Source of the DNA: Kiritimatiellia bacterium
Lineage (GTDB): Bacteria > Verrucomicrobiota > Kiritimatiellia > JAAZAB01
DNA length: 64,000 bases
Reading direction: 5' to 3'
Assembly: GCA_040767085.1 (NCBI GenBank)
Contig: JAXGPF010000009.1
Location: 196,486-260,485, forward strand
Made by a program: the position numbers and the translations under genes
Notes under the pieces: generated by a model
Seen by the model: only the letters and a program-made list of their open reading frames with translations
The model's database searches: none
Told to the model about the DNA's origin: nothing
In this document: positions 1 through 12,480 of the stretch, one piece after another
How the letters are laid out: each line of letters opens with the position of its first letter
Position numbering within the stretch: the first letter of the stretch is position 1

Positions 1-2226
1 CATGTAGCGGCGCAGGGCCTCACGGTTATGCACGATCGCCATGGCGCGGCCGCCCAGCACAAAGGAAGGCCGCATCAACACCGGGTAGCCGATGCGCGCG
101 GCAATTGCTTCGGCGCCGGCCGCGTCCGTGGCCATGCCGCTTTGCGGCTGCCGGATATCCAGTTTTTCCAGCAGACGTTTGAATTGCTCCCGATCCTCGG
201 CCGCCTCGATGCTGGCCGGCTTGGTGCCGATGACGGTGACGCCGTTGTCTTCCAGCGCGCGGGCCAAATTGAGCGGAGTCTGCCCGCCGAACTGCACAAT
301 CGCCCCGGCGCAGCCTTCGCGGCGGTAAATGTGCAGGACGTCTTCCAGGGTCAGGGGTTCGAAATACAGCCGGTCGCTGGTGTCGTAATCGGTGCTGACG
401 GTTTCGGGATTGCTGTTGACCATGATGGCCTCGAAACCGGCCGCCCGGAGCGCGAACACGGCATGCACGCAGCAGTAGTCGAATTCGATGCCCTGGCCGA
501 TGCGGTTCGGCCCGCCGCCCAGGATCATGATTTTGGGCCGCCCGCCGGCGCAGGGCTCGTCCCATTCGCCGTAAGTCGAATAATAATACGGGGTATAGGC
601 CTCGAATTCCGCGGCGCAGGTATCCACCAGGGCGTACACCGGCAGGAGTTTTAATTCCTCGCGGACGCGGCGCACGGCGTTTTCATCGGCGCGCAGCAGC
701 CAGGCGATCTGGCGGTCGGAATAACCGAATTCCTTGGCCTGGCGGAACAGCGCGGGCTGCCGGCGCAAGCCCTCCAACGATTGCGCTCCCGCGATTTCAT
801 CCTCGAAGGCCGCCAACTCGGCCAGGTGCCGCAAAAACCAGGGATCGATGCGCGTCAGCCCCTGCACCCGCGCCACCTCCCAGCCGCGCCGGAATGCGGC
901 GCGGATATGGAAGAATCGCTGGGATTGCGGCCGCGCCAGTTCCGCCGCCAGCCGGTCGTCCGCCAGCGCTTCAAACGGCGCATCGCGCCCGTCGGCGCCG
1001 AATCCGGCCCGGCCCTGTTCCAGGGAACGCATGGCTTTCTGGAAGGATTGTTTGAAAGTCCGGCCGATGCTCATCGCCTCGCCCACGGATTTCATCTGGG
1101 TTCCCAGCGTGGTATCGGCGGAGGCGAATTTTTCGAAGGCGAACCGCGGCGCCTTGGTGACCACGTAATCCACCGCCGGCTCGAAGCAGGCCGGCGTCTC
1201 GCGGGTAATGTCGTTGCGCAACTCGTCCAGGGTGTAGCCCACCGCCAGTTTCGCGGCAATCCGCGCGATGGGAAATCCCGTCGCCTTGGAGGCCAGGGCG
1301 CTGGAGCGGGACACGCGCGGGTTCATTTCGATAATCACCATCCGCCCGTCGGCGGGATTGACCGCCCACTGCACATTGGCGCCGCCGGTTTCCACGCCGA
1401 TGGCGCGCATGACCGCCAGCGAGTCGTCGCGCATCTTCTGATATTCGCGGTCCGTTAAAGTCTGGGCCGGGGCGACGGTGAAACTGTCGCCGGTGTGCAC
1501 GCCCATCGGATCAATGTTTTCGATGGAACAGACAATGACGCAGTTATCCTTGCGGTCGCGCATCACCTCCAGTTCGAATTCCTTCCAGCCGGCAACGGAC
1601 TCCTCGATCAACACCTCCGAGTTGGGACTGTAATACAATCCGCGTTCCACGATCCGCCGGAAGCCATCGTCATCCCCGGCAATGCCGCCGCCGGTGCCCC
1701 CGAGGGTAAATCCCGGCCGGATCACCAGCGGATAAGCGCCGATCCGTTCCCGCACCCGGCAGGCTTCCTCCAGCGAATGGGCGGCGCCGCTGGCCGGCAT
1801 GTCCAGGCCGATGCCGCGCATGGCCTCCTTGAACAGGTTGCGGTCTTCGGCGCGGCGGATCACCTCGGCGTTGGCGCCGATCAATTCCACGCGGTAACGG
1901 CGCAGGATCCCCTGGTCGTGCAGCGCCACCCCGAGGTTGAGGGCCGTCTGGCCGCCCAGGGTCGGCAGGAGCGCGTCCGGGCGTTCGCGGCGGATGATTT
2001 CATGCAGGACATCCGGGATCAGCGGTTCGACATAGGTGCGGTCGGCAAATTCCGGGTCCGTCATGATTGTCGCCGGGTTGCTGTTCACCAGCACCAGTTC
2101 GTAACCTTCTTCCTTCAGGGCCTTGCAGGCCTGGACGCCGGAATAATCGAATTCGCAAGCCTGGCCGATGACGATCGGCCCGGCGCCGATGACCATGATT
2201 TTTTTGATGTCTTCGCGTTTGGGCAT
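1..2226 (-). CDS. carB: Carbamoyl-phosphate synthase large subunit (3' part runs off the window)
   Basis: Not in the ORF track because no stop falls in the window. Reading from the ATG at 2226 gives [30 protein letters not shown], the canonical CarB N-terminus; later motifs [19 protein letters not shown] and [16 protein letters not shown]. Confidence 0.97.
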   Translation of the reverse strand, partial: MPKREDIKKIMVIGAGPIVIGQACEFDYSGVQACKALKEEGYELVLVNSNPATIMTDPEFADRTYVEPLIPDVLHEIIRRERPDALLPTLGGQTALNLGVALHDQGILRRYRVELIGANAEVIRRAEDRNLFKEAMRGIGLDMPASGAAHSLEEACRVRERIGAYPLVIRPGFTLGGTGGGIAGDDDGFRRIVERGLYYSPNSEVLIEESVAGWKEFELEVMRDRKDNCVIVCSIENIDPMGVHTGDSFTVAPAQTLTDREYQKMRDDSLAVMRAIGVETGGANVQWAVNPADGRMVIIEMNPRVSRSSALASKATGFPIARIAAKLAVGYTLDELRNDITRETPACFEPAVDYVVTKAPRFAFEKFASADTTLGTQMKSVGEAMSIGRTFKQSFQKAMRSLEQGRAGFGADGRDAPFEALADDRLAAELARPQSQRFFHIRAAFRRGWEVARVQGLTRIDPWFLRHLAELAAFEDEIAGAQSLEGLRRQPALFRQAKEFGYSDRQIAWLLRADENAVRRVREELKLLPVYALVDTCAAEFEAYTPYYYSTYGEWDEPCAGGRPKIMILGGGPNRIGQGIEFDYCCVHAVFALRAAGFEAIMVNSNPETVSTDYDTSDRLYFEPLTLEDVLHIYRREGCAGAIVQFGGQTPLNLARALEDNGVTVIGTKPASIEAAEDREQFKRLLEKLDIRQPQSGMATDAAGAEAIAARIGYPVLMRPSFVLGGRAMAIVHNREALRRYM

Positions 2227-2323
2227 AATTTTCCTGTCCTGGTCTGCGGTGTTCGGTATTTGCAGTCAATGCGTGCCTCTGCGCCTTTGATCCTTTGCCC
2301 CTTCTGATCGCAGTGTTCAGTGT

Positions 2324-3937
2324 TCAGCAACCATCGCGGCGGGCGCGGGCCGCCGCCACAAAATCGCGGAACAATGGATGGGCGCGCAGCGGTGTGGATT
2401 GAAATTCCGGGTGAAACTGGCAGGCCACAAACCAGGGGTGGTCGCGCAATTCCATGATTTCCACCAAATCGGCGTCCGGGTTAACGCCCGTGAAAGACAT
2501 GCCCGCCTGTTCCATCTGCAACCGAAAACGATTGACGAACTCGTAGCGGTGGCGGTGGCGTTCCCGGACCGATTCCATGCCATAGGCCTGCCGCGCGCGG
2601 CTGCCCGGGCTCAAGCGGCAGGGATACGCGCCCAGGCGCATGGTGCCGCCCTTGGCGGTGGCTGCCACCTGGCCGGGCAGCAGATCAATCACCGGGTGCG
2701 CGGTAGCGGGATCGAATTCGGTGCTATGGGCGCCCGCCAGGCCGCAAACGTTCCGGGCATATTCGATGGCCGCGCATTGCATGCCCAGGCAAATCCCGAA
2801 AAACGGCACACCGGCGGCGCGCGCATGCCGTACGGCGTGCAGCTTGCCTTCCACGCCGCGGTCGCCGAATCCGCCCGGTATCAGAATGCCGTGGACGCCC
2901 GCCAGGCGCTGTGCCGCGCTGTCCGCGCCCACCAGTTCCTCCGATTCTACCATGCGGATCTTGACCCGCAGGCGGTTGGCCAGGCCGGCATGGTGCAGCG
3001 CTTCATAGACGCTTTTATAGGCGTCCTGCAGCCGGATGTATTTCCCGACCACGGCAATCTCCACCGCGCCGTCCGCCGGATCAAGCTGTTCGGCCAGCAT
3101 GCGCTTCCAGTCGTCCAACTGCAGGGGGCGCACATGCAGCCGGAGCATCTCCAGCAGGTATACGTCCACCCCCTGTTCCGCCAGCGCCACCGGCACTTCG
3201 TAGATGGAGTGCTCCACATCGCGCTCTTCGATCACCAGGTCGGTTTCAACGTTGCAAAACAGCGCCAGTTTTTCCCGGTGTTCGCGCTCCAGCCGCCGCT
3301 CGCACCGGCACACCAGGATGTCCGGCACAATGCCGATGGTCCGCAGGATGCCGACCGACTGCTGCGACGGCTTGGTTTTCATCTCGCCGGCGGCCCGGAT
3401 GAACGGCACCAGCGTTAAATGCACGAACAGCCCGTTGGCCCGGCCGATTTCCTGGCGGTACTGGCGGATGGCTTCCAGGAACGGCAGCGACTCGATATCG
3501 CCCACCGTGCCGCCGATTTCCGTGAGGGCAATGTCCACGTCGGGGGCATCCAGCGCCCGGATGGCGGTTTTGATTTCATCCGTCACATGGGGAATCACCT
3601 GCACGGTCTTGCCCAGGTAACCGCCTTCGCGCTCGCGCTGGATCACCGCGCTGTAAATCCGCCCGGCGGTGTAATTGCTGTCGCGCCCGCAGACCACGCC
3701 GGCAATGCGTTCGTAATGCCCCAGGTCCAGGTCGGTTTCCGCGCCATCCTCGGTGACGTACACCTCGCCATGCTGGAAGGGCGACATCGTGCCGGGATCG
3801 ACGTTCAGGTAAGGATCTAATTTCTGCATTTTGACGCGGTACCCGCGCCGCGTCAACAGCAAACCGAGGGAGGCGGCCGTCAAGCCCTTGCCCAGCGAGG
3901 ATACCACGCCGCCGGTGATGAAAATATGTTTAGTCAT
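2324..3937 (-). CDS. pyrG: CTP synthase
   Basis: [59 protein letters not shown]. Confidence 0.98.
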   Translation of the reverse strand: MTKHIFITGGVVSSLGKGLTAASLGLLLTRRGYRVKMQKLDPYLNVDPGTMSPFQHGEVYVTEDGAETDLDLGHYERIAGVVCGRDSNYTAGRIYSAVIQREREGGYLGKTVQVIPHVTDEIKTAIRALDAPDVDIALTEIGGTVGDIESLPFLEAIRQYRQEIGRANGLFVHLTLVPFIRAAGEMKTKPSQQSVGILRTIGIVPDILVCRCERRLEREHREKLALFCNVETDLVIEERDVEHSIYEVPVALAEQGVDVYLLEMLRLHVRPLQLDDWKRMLAEQLDPADGAVEIAVVGKYIRLQDAYKSVYEALHHAGLANRLRVKIRMVESEELVGADSAAQRLAGVHGILIPGGFGDRGVEGKLHAVRHARAAGVPFFGICLGMQCAAIEYARNVCGLAGAHSTEFDPATAHPVIDLLPGQVAATAKGGTMRLGAYPCRLSPGSRARQAYGMESVRERHRHRYEFVNRFRLQMEQAGMSFTGVNPDADLVEIMELRDHPWFVACQFHPEFQSTPLRAHPLFRDFVAAARARRDGC

Positions 3938-3948
3938 ATGGGTAGGCG

Positions 3949-6537
3949 CTAATGCAGTTCCACGGTTAATTCGTCCTTTTTCAAATCAATTTTAAGCGTT
4001 CCGGCGCCGCCCCGCTGGCCGGCCAACAAGGCGCGCGCCGCCGGCGTCTCCACGGCCTGCTGGATAAAACGCTTCAGAGGGCGCGCGCCGTATACCGGAT
4101 CGTACCCGCGTTGGGCGATAAACCGGCGCGCGGCGGGCGTCGCGGCCAGGCTCAACCGCTGCTCCGCCAGCCGCTCGCCCAGTTCCGCCAGTTGCAAATC
4201 CACGATGCGTTCCAGTTCCGCCTGGGTCAGGGGCTTGAAGAGCACGATTTCGTCCACGCGGTTGAGAAATTCCGGACGGAACCGCTCGCGCAGCGCCTCC
4301 ATCACCTGCCGGCGCGCGCCTTCGCGGAGCTGACCGTCGCGTTCGATGCCCTCCAGCAGCACATGCGACGCAATGTTGCTGGTCATGATCACCACACAGT
4401 TTTTGAAATTCACCGTGCGCCCGTGGGAATCGGTCAACCGCCCTTCGTCCAGCAGTTGCAGGAGGATGTTGAAAACATCCGGGTGGGCTTTTTCAATTTC
4501 ATCCAGCAGCAGCACGCAGTAGGGTTTGCGGCGCACCGCCTCGGTCAATTGCCCGCCTTCCTCGTAGCCGATGTAGCCCGGGGGGGAACCGACCATGCGC
4601 GACACGGCATGCTTCTCCATGTATTCGCTCATGTCCAGGCGCACCAGGTTGTCCGCCGCGTCAAACAGGGTCAGCGCCAGCGCCCGCGCGAGTTCGGTCT
4701 TGCCCACGCCCGTGGGACCGAGGAACAGGAACGAACCGATCGGCCGCTGGGGATTCTTGATGCCGGCGCGCGCGCGCAGCACGGCGTCCGCCACGGCCTG
4801 GACGGCCTCATCCTGTCCCACCACGCGTTCATGCAGCACCTTGTCCAGCCGGAGCAGTTTTTCGCGTTCGCCCTCCAGCAGGCGGGTCAGCGGAATGCGG
4901 GTCCAGCGCGCCACGACCTCGGCGATTTCCTCCTCGGCGACCTCTTCGCGCAGCATGGCCGCGGCAGCCGCGCCGTCGAGTTTCTGCAGTTGGCGCTCCA
5001 GGCCGGGGATGACGCCATGGCGCAACTCCGCCACGCGCTCCAAGCGGTAAGCGCGCTCGGCGCTTTCGCACTCCTGGCGGGCCTGCTCGATTTTTTCACG
5101 CAACACCTGCTTGGCGGCCAGCGCGCTCTTCTCCTCCTCCCATTGGGCGCGCATGGCGGCGGCCTGCCGCTTCAGCCCGGCCAGTTCCTTGCGCAAAACC
5201 TCCAGGCGCTCGCGGCTGGCCGGGTCTTTTTCCTTCTTCAGCGCCGTTTCTTCAATTTCCAGGCGCAGCGCCTTGCGCGTCACCTCGTCCAGCTCCGCCG
5301 GCATGGAATCAATCTCCGTACGGATGGAGGCGCAGGCCTCGTCCACCAGGTCGATCGCCTTGTCGGGCAGGAACCGGTCGCTGATGTAACGGTTGGAGAG
5401 CGTGGCGGCGGCCACCAGCGCGGCATCCTGGATGCGCACGCCGTGGTGCAGTTCGAAGCGTTCGCGCAGACCGCGCAGGATGGAGATGGTGTCTTCCACG
5501 CTCGGCGGCTCCACCATCACCGGCTGGAACCGGCGCTCCAGGGCCGCGTCCTTTTCAACGTGCTCGCGGTATTCATCCAGGGTAGTGGCGCCGATGCAGT
5601 GCAATTCCCCGCGCGCCAGCATGGGTTTCAGCATGTTGCCGGCATCGGACGATCCTTCGGTCTTGCCCGCTCCCACAATCATGTGCAACTCGTCAATGAA
5701 CAGGATGATCCGGCCGGCGGCCGCCTTGATCTCATTCAGAACCGCCTTCAACCGCTCTTCGAACTCGCCCCGGAATTTCGCGCCGGCCAGCAGCGCCGTC
5801 AGGTCCAGCGCGAAAATCGTGCGGTCTTTCAATCCTTCCGGCACGTCGCCGCGCAGGATGCGGTGGGCTAATCCTTCCACGATCGCCGTCTTGCCCACGC
5901 CGGGCTCGCCGATCAGCACGGGGTTATTCTTGGTCTTGCGCGACAGGATGCGGATCACGGACCGTATTTCCTGGTCGCGCCCGATCACCGGGTCGAGCTT
6001 GCCCTGGCGCGCCAGCGCCACCAGGTCCAGGCCGTATTTTTCCAGCGCCTCGTAGGCAGTCTCCGGGTTGGCGCTGGTCACCCGCTGATTGCCGCGCACG
6101 GCCGTCAAGGTTTCCAGGAAGCGCGCCGCGGTGACGCCCATTTCCTTCAACAACCGCCCGGCCGGAGTGCGGTCTTCCTCCTGGATCAGCGCCGCCAGAA
6201 TGTGTTCCGCCGAGACGTACTCGTCCTTCAGGCGGCGGGCTTCATCCTCCGCCGCCAGCAACAGGCGGCTCAGGCGCTGCGTGACATATATTTTGCCGGC
6301 TTCCGTGCCGCCGCTGACCCGCGGCCGGCGGTCCAGTTCCTGCTCGAGCCGGGCTTTCAAGGTCGGCGTCGAGACGCCCATGCGTTCCAGCAGCCTGGCG
6401 GTCAGCCCGTCTGTCTGCTCCGCCATCGCCAGCAGCAGGTGTTCGCCATCCACTTCCTGGTGGCCGCGGCGCAAGGCCAAAGCCTGGGCCGCCTGCAAGG
6501 CTTCCTGAACTTTTTGCGTGGTGCGATTCGCGTCCAT
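3949..6537 (-). CDS. clpB: ATP-dependent chaperone ClpB
   Basis: True start MDANRTTQK at 6537 after an AGGAGG RBS. Two Walker A motifs ([16 protein letters not shown]), coiled-coil middle domain, [13 protein letters not shown]. Confidence 0.96.
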   Translation of the reverse strand: MDANRTTQKVQEALQAAQALALRRGHQEVDGEHLLLAMAEQTDGLTARLLERMGVSTPTLKARLEQELDRRPRVSGGTEAGKIYVTQRLSRLLLAAEDEARRLKDEYVSAEHILAALIQEEDRTPAGRLLKEMGVTAARFLETLTAVRGNQRVTSANPETAYEALEKYGLDLVALARQGKLDPVIGRDQEIRSVIRILSRKTKNNPVLIGEPGVGKTAIVEGLAHRILRGDVPEGLKDRTIFALDLTALLAGAKFRGEFEERLKAVLNEIKAAAGRIILFIDELHMIVGAGKTEGSSDAGNMLKPMLARGELHCIGATTLDEYREHVEKDAALERRFQPVMVEPPSVEDTISILRGLRERFELHHGVRIQDAALVAAATLSNRYISDRFLPDKAIDLVDEACASIRTEIDSMPAELDEVTRKALRLEIEETALKKEKDPASRERLEVLRKELAGLKRQAAAMRAQWEEEKSALAAKQVLREKIEQARQECESAERAYRLERVAELRHGVIPGLERQLQKLDGAAAAAMLREEVAEEEIAEVVARWTRIPLTRLLEGEREKLLRLDKVLHERVVGQDEAVQAVADAVLRARAGIKNPQRPIGSFLFLGPTGVGKTELARALALTLFDAADNLVRLDMSEYMEKHAVSRMVGSPPGYIGYEEGGQLTEAVRRKPYCVLLLDEIEKAHPDVFNILLQLLDEGRLTDSHGRTVNFKNCVVIMTSNIASHVLLEGIERDGQLREGARRQVMEALRERFRPEFLNRVDEIVLFKPLTQAELERIVDLQLAELGERLAEQRLSLAATPAARRFIAQRGYDPVYGARPLKRFIQQAVETPAARALLAGQRGGAGTLKIDLKKDELTVELH

Positions 6538-6747
6538 TGAAAATCCTCCTTGCCGACAATGAATTTGCGCCCGGACCGTCAGAGGGATACGGCGCGCATT
6601 GGGAGTGCAGTTTATCAAGTATAGTGGAGTTTTCAAGATAAATCTTTTCAAACAGGCTGGCATCGCGTATAGTTCCGCGGCAAGGGCTGAACGGCGCGGA
6701 CCCGCGCGCCCGGCGCCGCCGGCCGCAGCCCCATACGGAAATGCGCC

Positions 6748-7695
6748 ATGCCTGAATTGCAGAATAATTTTTCCTGGTCGGTCTCCGCGCGCGAGGATTT
6801 CCAGGAATGCCATCGCCGGCGCTACTGGGCCAAGTACGCCATGTGGAACGGCTGGCAGCCATCCGCCGCGCCGCTGCAGCGCACGGCTTACCGCCTGACC
6901 AAGATGGAAAACCGTTTTACCATCCAGGGCAATGCCGTCGAACGCGCCGCCATGTGGCTGCTGGCCGAAAACCGCGCCGGACGCGCCCCGGGAGTGGAAA
7001 GCGCTTATGCCGGAATTGCCCGGCCTTACCTGAACCGCTGCTGGAGCGAATCCCGCAACCGGCTCTGGCAATCCAATCCCAAGCGCTTTTGCTGCCTGCA
7101 CGAGCACTATTACCCCGAGCACCACCAGACGCCCGAGCCGGAAATGACCGTGCGGATGGTGCAAACCATCAAGGACTGCCTGGCGCACTTTCACGCGGCC
7201 CTCCTGCCCCGCCTGGCGCGGATCAGTCCGGACGCGGATGTGCCCATTGCCGCGGCGGGCGCGGGCGATCCGGAATTCTTCCTGCTGGATGAAATCAAGA
7301 TTTACGCCATCCCGGATTATGTCTGCCGCGCCGGCGCCAACCTGGAAATTTTCGACTGGAAATCCGGCGCGCCCCGTCCCGCGCACAGCGACCAGATGGC
7401 TGTTTACGGTTTGTGGGCGCACCGCAAACATAACCAACCGCCGGAAAACATCCTGATCCGCCTGGAATACCTGGCCGCCGGCAAATCGCTCCAGACGGCC
7501 CTCTCTGCCGCCGACATCGAAAAAACCGAACATATGATCCGGAGTTCCACCGCCGAAATGGCGGAGTACCTGGAAAATGGCGACATTCGCCGCAATCTCC
7601 CCCTCCCCTGCGAAGAATGGGAATTGTCGGCCGACATGCACGTCTGCCGCCACTGCAATTTTTATGAATTGTGCAAACCGGAATTGGATGCCTAG
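6748..7695 (+). CDS. PD-(D/E)XK nuclease family protein (RecB/AddB/Cas4-like, probable Fe-S cluster)
   Basis: IPDY...IFDWKSG, QMAVY, one N-terminal Cys (FQECHRRRY) and a C-terminal [10 protein letters not shown]. Confidence 0.8.
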   Translation: MPELQNNFSWSVSAREDFQECHRRRYWAKYAMWNGWQPSAAPLQRTAYRLTKMENRFTIQGNAVERAAMWLLAENRAGRAPGVESAYAGIARPYLNRCWSESRNRLWQSNPKRFCCLHEHYYPEHHQTPEPEMTVRMVQTIKDCLAHFHAALLPRLARISPDADVPIAAAGAGDPEFFLLDEIKIYAIPDYVCRAGANLEIFDWKSGAPRPAHSDQMAVYGLWAHRKHNQPPENILIRLEYLAAGKSLQTALSAADIEKTEHMIRSSTAEMAEYLENGDIRRNLPLPCEEWELSADMHVCRHCNFYELCKPELDA

Positions 7696-10600
7696 TCTGA
7701 ACATGACCGTCCCGAAGCCGGTGTTGCGGCGGATGCTGCCGCTGGTGACGGGCGCGCTGCTGATGCTGATCGCCGGCGCGGGCGCGGTGCTCTGGCTGCA
7801 GCACCGCCATGCGCAGGCAGTGGAAATCGCCAACCGGATTAAAGATGTCCAGCTCGATCTGCAATTCGACCTGGCCAATCATGCCGCCGACCTGCGCATT
7901 GCCCTCCAGTTCGTCGCCGCCGACCCGGCCACCGGCCAGGCGCTGCAAGACCGCCAGCCAGCCGCCTTGCTGGATAAATGGCGGCCCGTGTACGAAACTC
8001 TCCGCCAGCAGCACCAAATCACCGCGTTCAATTTCTTCAATACCGGCCAGGTCTGCATCTTGAGCCTGCAGGCGCCGGAGCAGGCCGGCGCCCTGGTCAA
8101 CCGCCTCACTGTCCGCGCGGCGTCGCAAACCGGCCAACCCGCCACCGGACTGGAACTCAGCCCCGGCGGCGCTTTCGCTTTACGCGTGGTATATCCCGTC
8201 CATCACCACGGCGAGTGCGTCGGCTACGCGGAACTGGGCAAGGATTTCGTGGACATCCTGCGGACGCGCGAACTTTCCCCGGGCACGCACCTGGCGCTGG
8301 CCCTGCACAAACGCCACCTCCGCCGCGCGGAATGGGAGTCCGCGGCGCGCCGGCGCCGGCATGCCGTGGGCTGGGAACACCTGGCCGACCGCGTCATCCT
8401 GTATGCCACGCATACCGCTCTGCCCGGCGCCATCGCGAAAGCGGCGCAAGATTCCGCAGACGCGCCCGACAGCGACATTGCCTTCGACCAACGCCTCTGG
8501 CGCGCTTCCGCCGTGCCCCTGCGCGACGCGTCCGGCTCTGAAATCGGCGCGCTGCTGGTCTGGTGCGAACTCACCACGGAGCGCGCGTATTTTTACCGCA
8601 ACCTCATCCGCGCCGGCGCCGGCGCCGGCCTCCTCCTGGTCGCCCTGCTGACATTCGTCTTCATCCTGCTCCGCCGCACCGACACCGGCATCCGCGCCCA
8701 GAAACTGGAGCTGCTGGACCAGGAAATGCAGCATCGCATGCTTTTTGAGCACTCGATTTCCGCCATCGCCCTGCATGAAATTGTGACCGACAACGCCGGG
8801 CGGCCCGTAGATTACACCTTCCTTCACGTCAACCCGGCCTTCCAGAATCACACCGGGTTGCGCGCGGATGATATCATCGGCCGTGCCGCCAAGGAGGTGC
8901 TCCAGGGCTTCGACCAGAGCTCGTTCCTCAAGATTTACGCCGAGGTTGTCGCCAGCGGCAAACCGGTGAGTTTCGAGGAGTACTCCAAACCGCTCGAACG
9001 GCATTTCATGATCAACGCCTACCCGATGGGCGGCAAACGTTTCGCCACGGTGTTCTTTGACATCACCGAACGCAAGCAAACCGAATACGCCAACCAACTC
9101 GCCAACACCATCCTGTCCATTCTCAACACCGCCGGCCCACTCCAGGATACCATGCGGCAAATCCTGCTGACGCTCAAGCAGCACACCGGCTGCGATGCCG
9201 CCGCCATCCGCCTGCAGCAGGGCGAGGATTTCCCATATTACATGCAAGACGGCTTCACCGGGGAATTCCTGCTGACGGAAAACTCCCTGCTCCACCTGGA
9301 CCCCCGGAACGGCGTCTGCCGCCAAACCGACGGCTCGGCCGAACTGGAATGCACCTGCGGCATGGTGCTCGCCGGCAAAACTGATCCCGCCAGTCCTTTC
9401 CACACCGTCGGCGGCAGTTTCTGGTGCAACGACACCGGCAAATTGAAAAATCCGCCCAACGGCGCGGCGTACCCCCGCCACCTGCGCAACCAATGCTTCC
9501 GCCATGGCTACTCCTCCCTGGCGCTGGTGCCGATCCGCGCCGGCGACCGCATCATCGGCCTGCTGCAATTGAATGGACGCAAGCCGGGATTATTCACATT
9601 AAGCGCCATTCACGCGCTGGAAGCTGCAACCGGCCATATCGGCGAAATGCTGCTGCGCTGGCGCGCGGAAGAAACTCTGCGCGAAAAAAGCGCCGAACTG
9701 GACCGCTATTTCACCACCAGCCTCGACCTGCTTTGCATCGCCGATACCGACGGCCACTTCATCCGCCTGAATCCTGAATGGGAAAAGGTGCTGGGCTACT
9801 CCGTCGCGGAACTCGCCGGGCGGATTTTCATGGATTTCGTCCATCCCGACGACCTTGCCGCCACCCGGGCGGCCGTCGCCCAACTGCAATCCCAGGTTGA
9901 AGTATTAAGCTTTGAAAATCGGTACCGCCACAAGGACGGCAGTTACCGCTGGATCGAATGGCGTTCGCACCCGCAAGACAAGTTGATTTACGCCGTCGCC
10001 CGGGATGTGACCAATCGTATAATGGCGGAGCAGGCCCTGCGCGCCGCCAATAAGCAGCTCGAAGCCGCCATCGCCCGCGCCCGCGCCCTGGCTGCCGCGG
10101 CGGAAGAGGCCAACCAGGCCAAGGGCGACTTCCTGGCCAACATCAGCCATGAGATCCGCACGCCCATCAACGGCATTATCGGCATGACCAGCCTCCTGCT
10201 CGACAGCCCGCTGGATCAACAGCAGCAACACTTCACCGAAAGCATCCGCGCCAATGGCCAGTCGTTGCTGAGCCTGATCAACAATATTTTGGATTATTCC
10301 CGGATCGAAGCCCGTAAACTCGACCTGGAAGAGATGGATTTCAACCTGCCGGAATTGCTGGCGGACCTGGATTCCGCGATGTCATGGCAAGCCCGGGCTA
10401 AAAGCATCGCCATTACATGGTCCGCCGCTCCCGACGTGCCGGCGCGCGTGCGCGGCGACGCCACCCGCCTGCGGCAGATTTTGACAAACCTGGCGGGCAA
10501 TGCCATCAAGTTCACCGAGTCCGGCTCGGTGTCCATCCACGCCGCGCTCGACCATGCCCGCCTGCCACAGCCGGAGGATAAAGCCGCTGCGGAAGATTGC

Positions 10601-11686
10601 ATTTACCTGCGCTTTGCCATCCGGGACACCGGCATCGGGGTCGCCCCGGAAAATATCAGCCGCCTCTTTGAGCGTTTTACCCAGGCGGACGCCTCCGCCA
10701 CCCGCAAACACGGCGGCAGCGGGCTGGGCCTGGCTATCGCCAAGCAGTTGGCGGAGTTGATGGGCGGCGCCATCGGTGTCTCCAGTGTCCCGGGCCAGGG
10801 TTCGGAATTCTGGTTCACCGTCCGCCTGCGCCGGCCGCTTTCCGATGCCGGCGAGGATGATTCGGCGCCGCAAGCATTTCATGCCATCCAGCCCGTATTC
10901 CAGGGACGCAATGCGCGGGTGCTGCTGGCGGAAGACAATCCCGTCAACCAGGAGGTGGCGCTGGGGATGCTGGTGAAAATGGGATTGCAAGCCGACACCG
11001 TCTCCGATGGCGCCGAAGCGGTCCATGCCGTGGCAACGGGCGGATATGACCTGATCCTGATGGACATTCAAATGCCCTTCATGGACGGGCGGACTGCCGC
11101 CAGCAAAATCCGGGATTGGGAAAAAACCGCCAAGCCCGCTGCCCGCCCTCCCATCCCGATTATTGCCATGACCGCGCACGCCATGCCGGATGACCGCGAT
11201 CAATGCCTGGCAGCGGGCATGAACGACTATTTGCCCAAGCCGGTCACCCCGCAGGTCCTGGCCGCCATGCTGGCCAAATGGCTGCCGGCCGGCCCGGCGC
11301 GCGGAAGCGGGGATGCTGCCTCCGCCGCGTATCCGCCGATCCGGTCCGCGGATGCGCCGCCGGTATTCGACCGGGCCGGCATGGCCGCCCGGCTGCTGAA
11401 CGATGCCGACCTGATCCGCCGGGTGCTGGACACCTTTTTAAACGATATGCCCCGCCAACTGGCGCGCTTGCGCGAGTTGCTGGAGACCGGCGATAACGCG
11501 GAAGCGGCGCGCCAGGCCCATACCATCAAGGGCGCCGCCGCCAGTATCGGCGGCGAACGCCTGCGTCAGCTCATGGATGAGATTGAAAGCGCGGTTACCG
11601 CCCGCCCGGCGGCCGGCGGCCCGGCCTGGATCGCCCGCGCGGAAAAAGAATTTGATTTATTGCGCGCGGCGATGGAACAACGCTGA
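7688..11686 (+). CDS. Hybrid sensor histidine kinase (TM, Cache-like, PAS, GAF, PAS, HisKA, HATPase, REC, Hpt)
   Basis: [13 protein letters not shown]-box, [18 protein letters not shown] receiver, AHTIKGAA Hpt. Start is 7688 or 7703. Confidence 0.93.
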   Translation: MPSLNMTVPKPVLRRMLPLVTGALLMLIAGAGAVLWLQHRHAQAVEIANRIKDVQLDLQFDLANHAADLRIALQFVAADPATGQALQDRQPAALLDKWRPVYETLRQQHQITAFNFFNTGQVCILSLQAPEQAGALVNRLTVRAASQTGQPATGLELSPGGAFALRVVYPVHHHGECVGYAELGKDFVDILRTRELSPGTHLALALHKRHLRRAEWESAARRRRHAVGWEHLADRVILYATHTALPGAIAKAAQDSADAPDSDIAFDQRLWRASAVPLRDASGSEIGALLVWCELTTERAYFYRNLIRAGAGAGLLLVALLTFVFILLRRTDTGIRAQKLELLDQEMQHRMLFEHSISAIALHEIVTDNAGRPVDYTFLHVNPAFQNHTGLRADDIIGRAAKEVLQGFDQSSFLKIYAEVVASGKPVSFEEYSKPLERHFMINAYPMGGKRFATVFFDITERKQTEYANQLANTILSILNTAGPLQDTMRQILLTLKQHTGCDAAAIRLQQGEDFPYYMQDGFTGEFLLTENSLLHLDPRNGVCRQTDGSAELECTCGMVLAGKTDPASPFHTVGGSFWCNDTGKLKNPPNGAAYPRHLRNQCFRHGYSSLALVPIRAGDRIIGLLQLNGRKPGLFTLSAIHALEAATGHIGEMLLRWRAEETLREKSAELDRYFTTSLDLLCIADTDGHFIRLNPEWEKVLGYSVAELAGRIFMDFVHPDDLAATRAAVAQLQSQVEVLSFENRYRHKDGSYRWIEWRSHPQDKLIYAVARDVTNRIMAEQALRAANKQLEAAIARARALAAAAEEANQAKGDFLANISHEIRTPINGIIGMTSLLLDSPLDQQQQHFTESIRANGQSLLSLINNILDYSRIEARKLDLEEMDFNLPELLADLDSAMSWQARAKSIAITWSAAPDVPARVRGDATRLRQILTNLAGNAIKFTESGSVSIHAALDHARLPQPEDKAAAEDCIYLRFAIRDTGIGVAPENISRLFERFTQADASATRKHGGSGLGLAIAKQLAELMGGAIGVSSVPGQGSEFWFTVRLRRPLSDAGEDDSAPQAFHAIQPVFQGRNARVLLAEDNPVNQEVALGMLVKMGLQADTVSDGAEAVHAVATGGYDLILMDIQMPFMDGRTAASKIRDWEKTAKPAARPPIPIIAMTAHAMPDDRDQCLAAGMNDYLPKPVTPQVLAAMLAKWLPAGPARGSGDAASAAYPPIRSADAPPVFDRAGMAARLLNDADLIRRVLDTFLNDMPRQLARLRELLETGDNAEAARQAHTIKGAAASIGGERLRQLMDEIESAVTARPAAGGPAWIARAEKEFDLLRAAMEQR

Positions 11687-11710
11687 TCTGAACGAAACGC
11701 AAAGGGTGTC

Positions 11711-12343
11711 TTGATGAATATTTTAATTGCCGATGACGATCCTACTTCCCGGGCCCTGATGAGCGGCATCCTGGAAAAAAGCGGGCATACGCCCGTCATC
11801 ACCATGGATGGCGCCGCGGCATGGGCGGCGCTGCAAGCGCCGATGGCGCCGCGCCTGGCGATCCTGGACTGGATTATGCCGAACCTGGACGGCATGGAAG
11901 TCCTGCGCCGCGCCCGCGCCCTGCCGCCCAACGCCATACCGTTTATCATCATCCTCACCACCAAGGGCGAAAAATCCGACATCGTCGCCGCCCTGGACGC
12001 CGGCGCCGACGACTATTTGACCAAGCCCTGCGACGCCGGAGAACTCCGCGCGCGCATCGAAGTCGGCCGGCGGATGATCGAGATGCGGGACGCCCTGGCC
12101 GCCAAGGTCGAAGAATTGCGCCAGGCCCTGGAGCAGATCAAAACCCTGCGCGGGATTGTGCCCATCTGCGCCAAATGCAAGAAAATCCGGAACGACCGCG
12201 GCTACTGGGAACAGGTGGAAGTGTATATCCACAACCATTCCGAAGCCGATTTCAGCCATAGCATCTGCCCGGATTGTCTGCGGAAACTTTACCCGGAATT
12301 TGCGTCGGAAATTGAAAACCGCCCGCCGGACCAGCCGTCATAG
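11711..12343 (+). CDS. Response regulator with C-terminal Cys-rich (CxxC...HxxCxxC) domain
   Basis: ILIADDD, LDWIMP, DDYLTKP; C-terminus PICAKCKKIR...FSHSICPDC. Confidence 0.9.
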   Translation: MMNILIADDDPTSRALMSGILEKSGHTPVITMDGAAAWAALQAPMAPRLAILDWIMPNLDGMEVLRRARALPPNAIPFIIILTTKGEKSDIVAALDAGADDYLTKPCDAGELRARIEVGRRMIEMRDALAAKVEELRQALEQIKTLRGIVPICAKCKKIRNDRGYWEQVEVYIHNHSEADFSHSICPDCLRKLYPEFASEIENRPPDQPS

Positions 12344-12398
12344 TCCGGCGGCGCGCGACATGCGCGCCGGCCGATCGGAAAATGCGAACCCGCGCCGT

Positions 12399-12480
12399 GC
12401 ATCCGGATTGCGCCACTGTAGCGGTCCGGCTTTGCCGGACATCCGGCATCCCAACTGTAGCGGCCGAACTGTGTTCGGCC
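12399..12480. repeat. REP-like cluster (18-mer plus two GTAG-headed hairpins)
   Basis: GCATCCGGATTGCGCCAC, then GTAGCGGTCCGGCTTTGCCGGAC and GTAGCGGCCGAACTGTGTTCGGCC, between convergent genes. Confidence 0.6.

Noticed and set aside
26-2330. Multiple short ORFs listed over 1-2330
   Set aside because: They are shadows of carB, which the track omitted because it lacks a stop in the window.
6590-6612. CIRCE element upstream of clpB
   Set aside because: Only one half-site (GCACTC); the second arm is absent.
6538-7878. 1309-aa ORF suggesting a long N-terminal extension of ClpB
   Set aside because: The extension is the antisense of the nuclease gene; a strong RBS and the ClpB N-terminus place the start at 6537.
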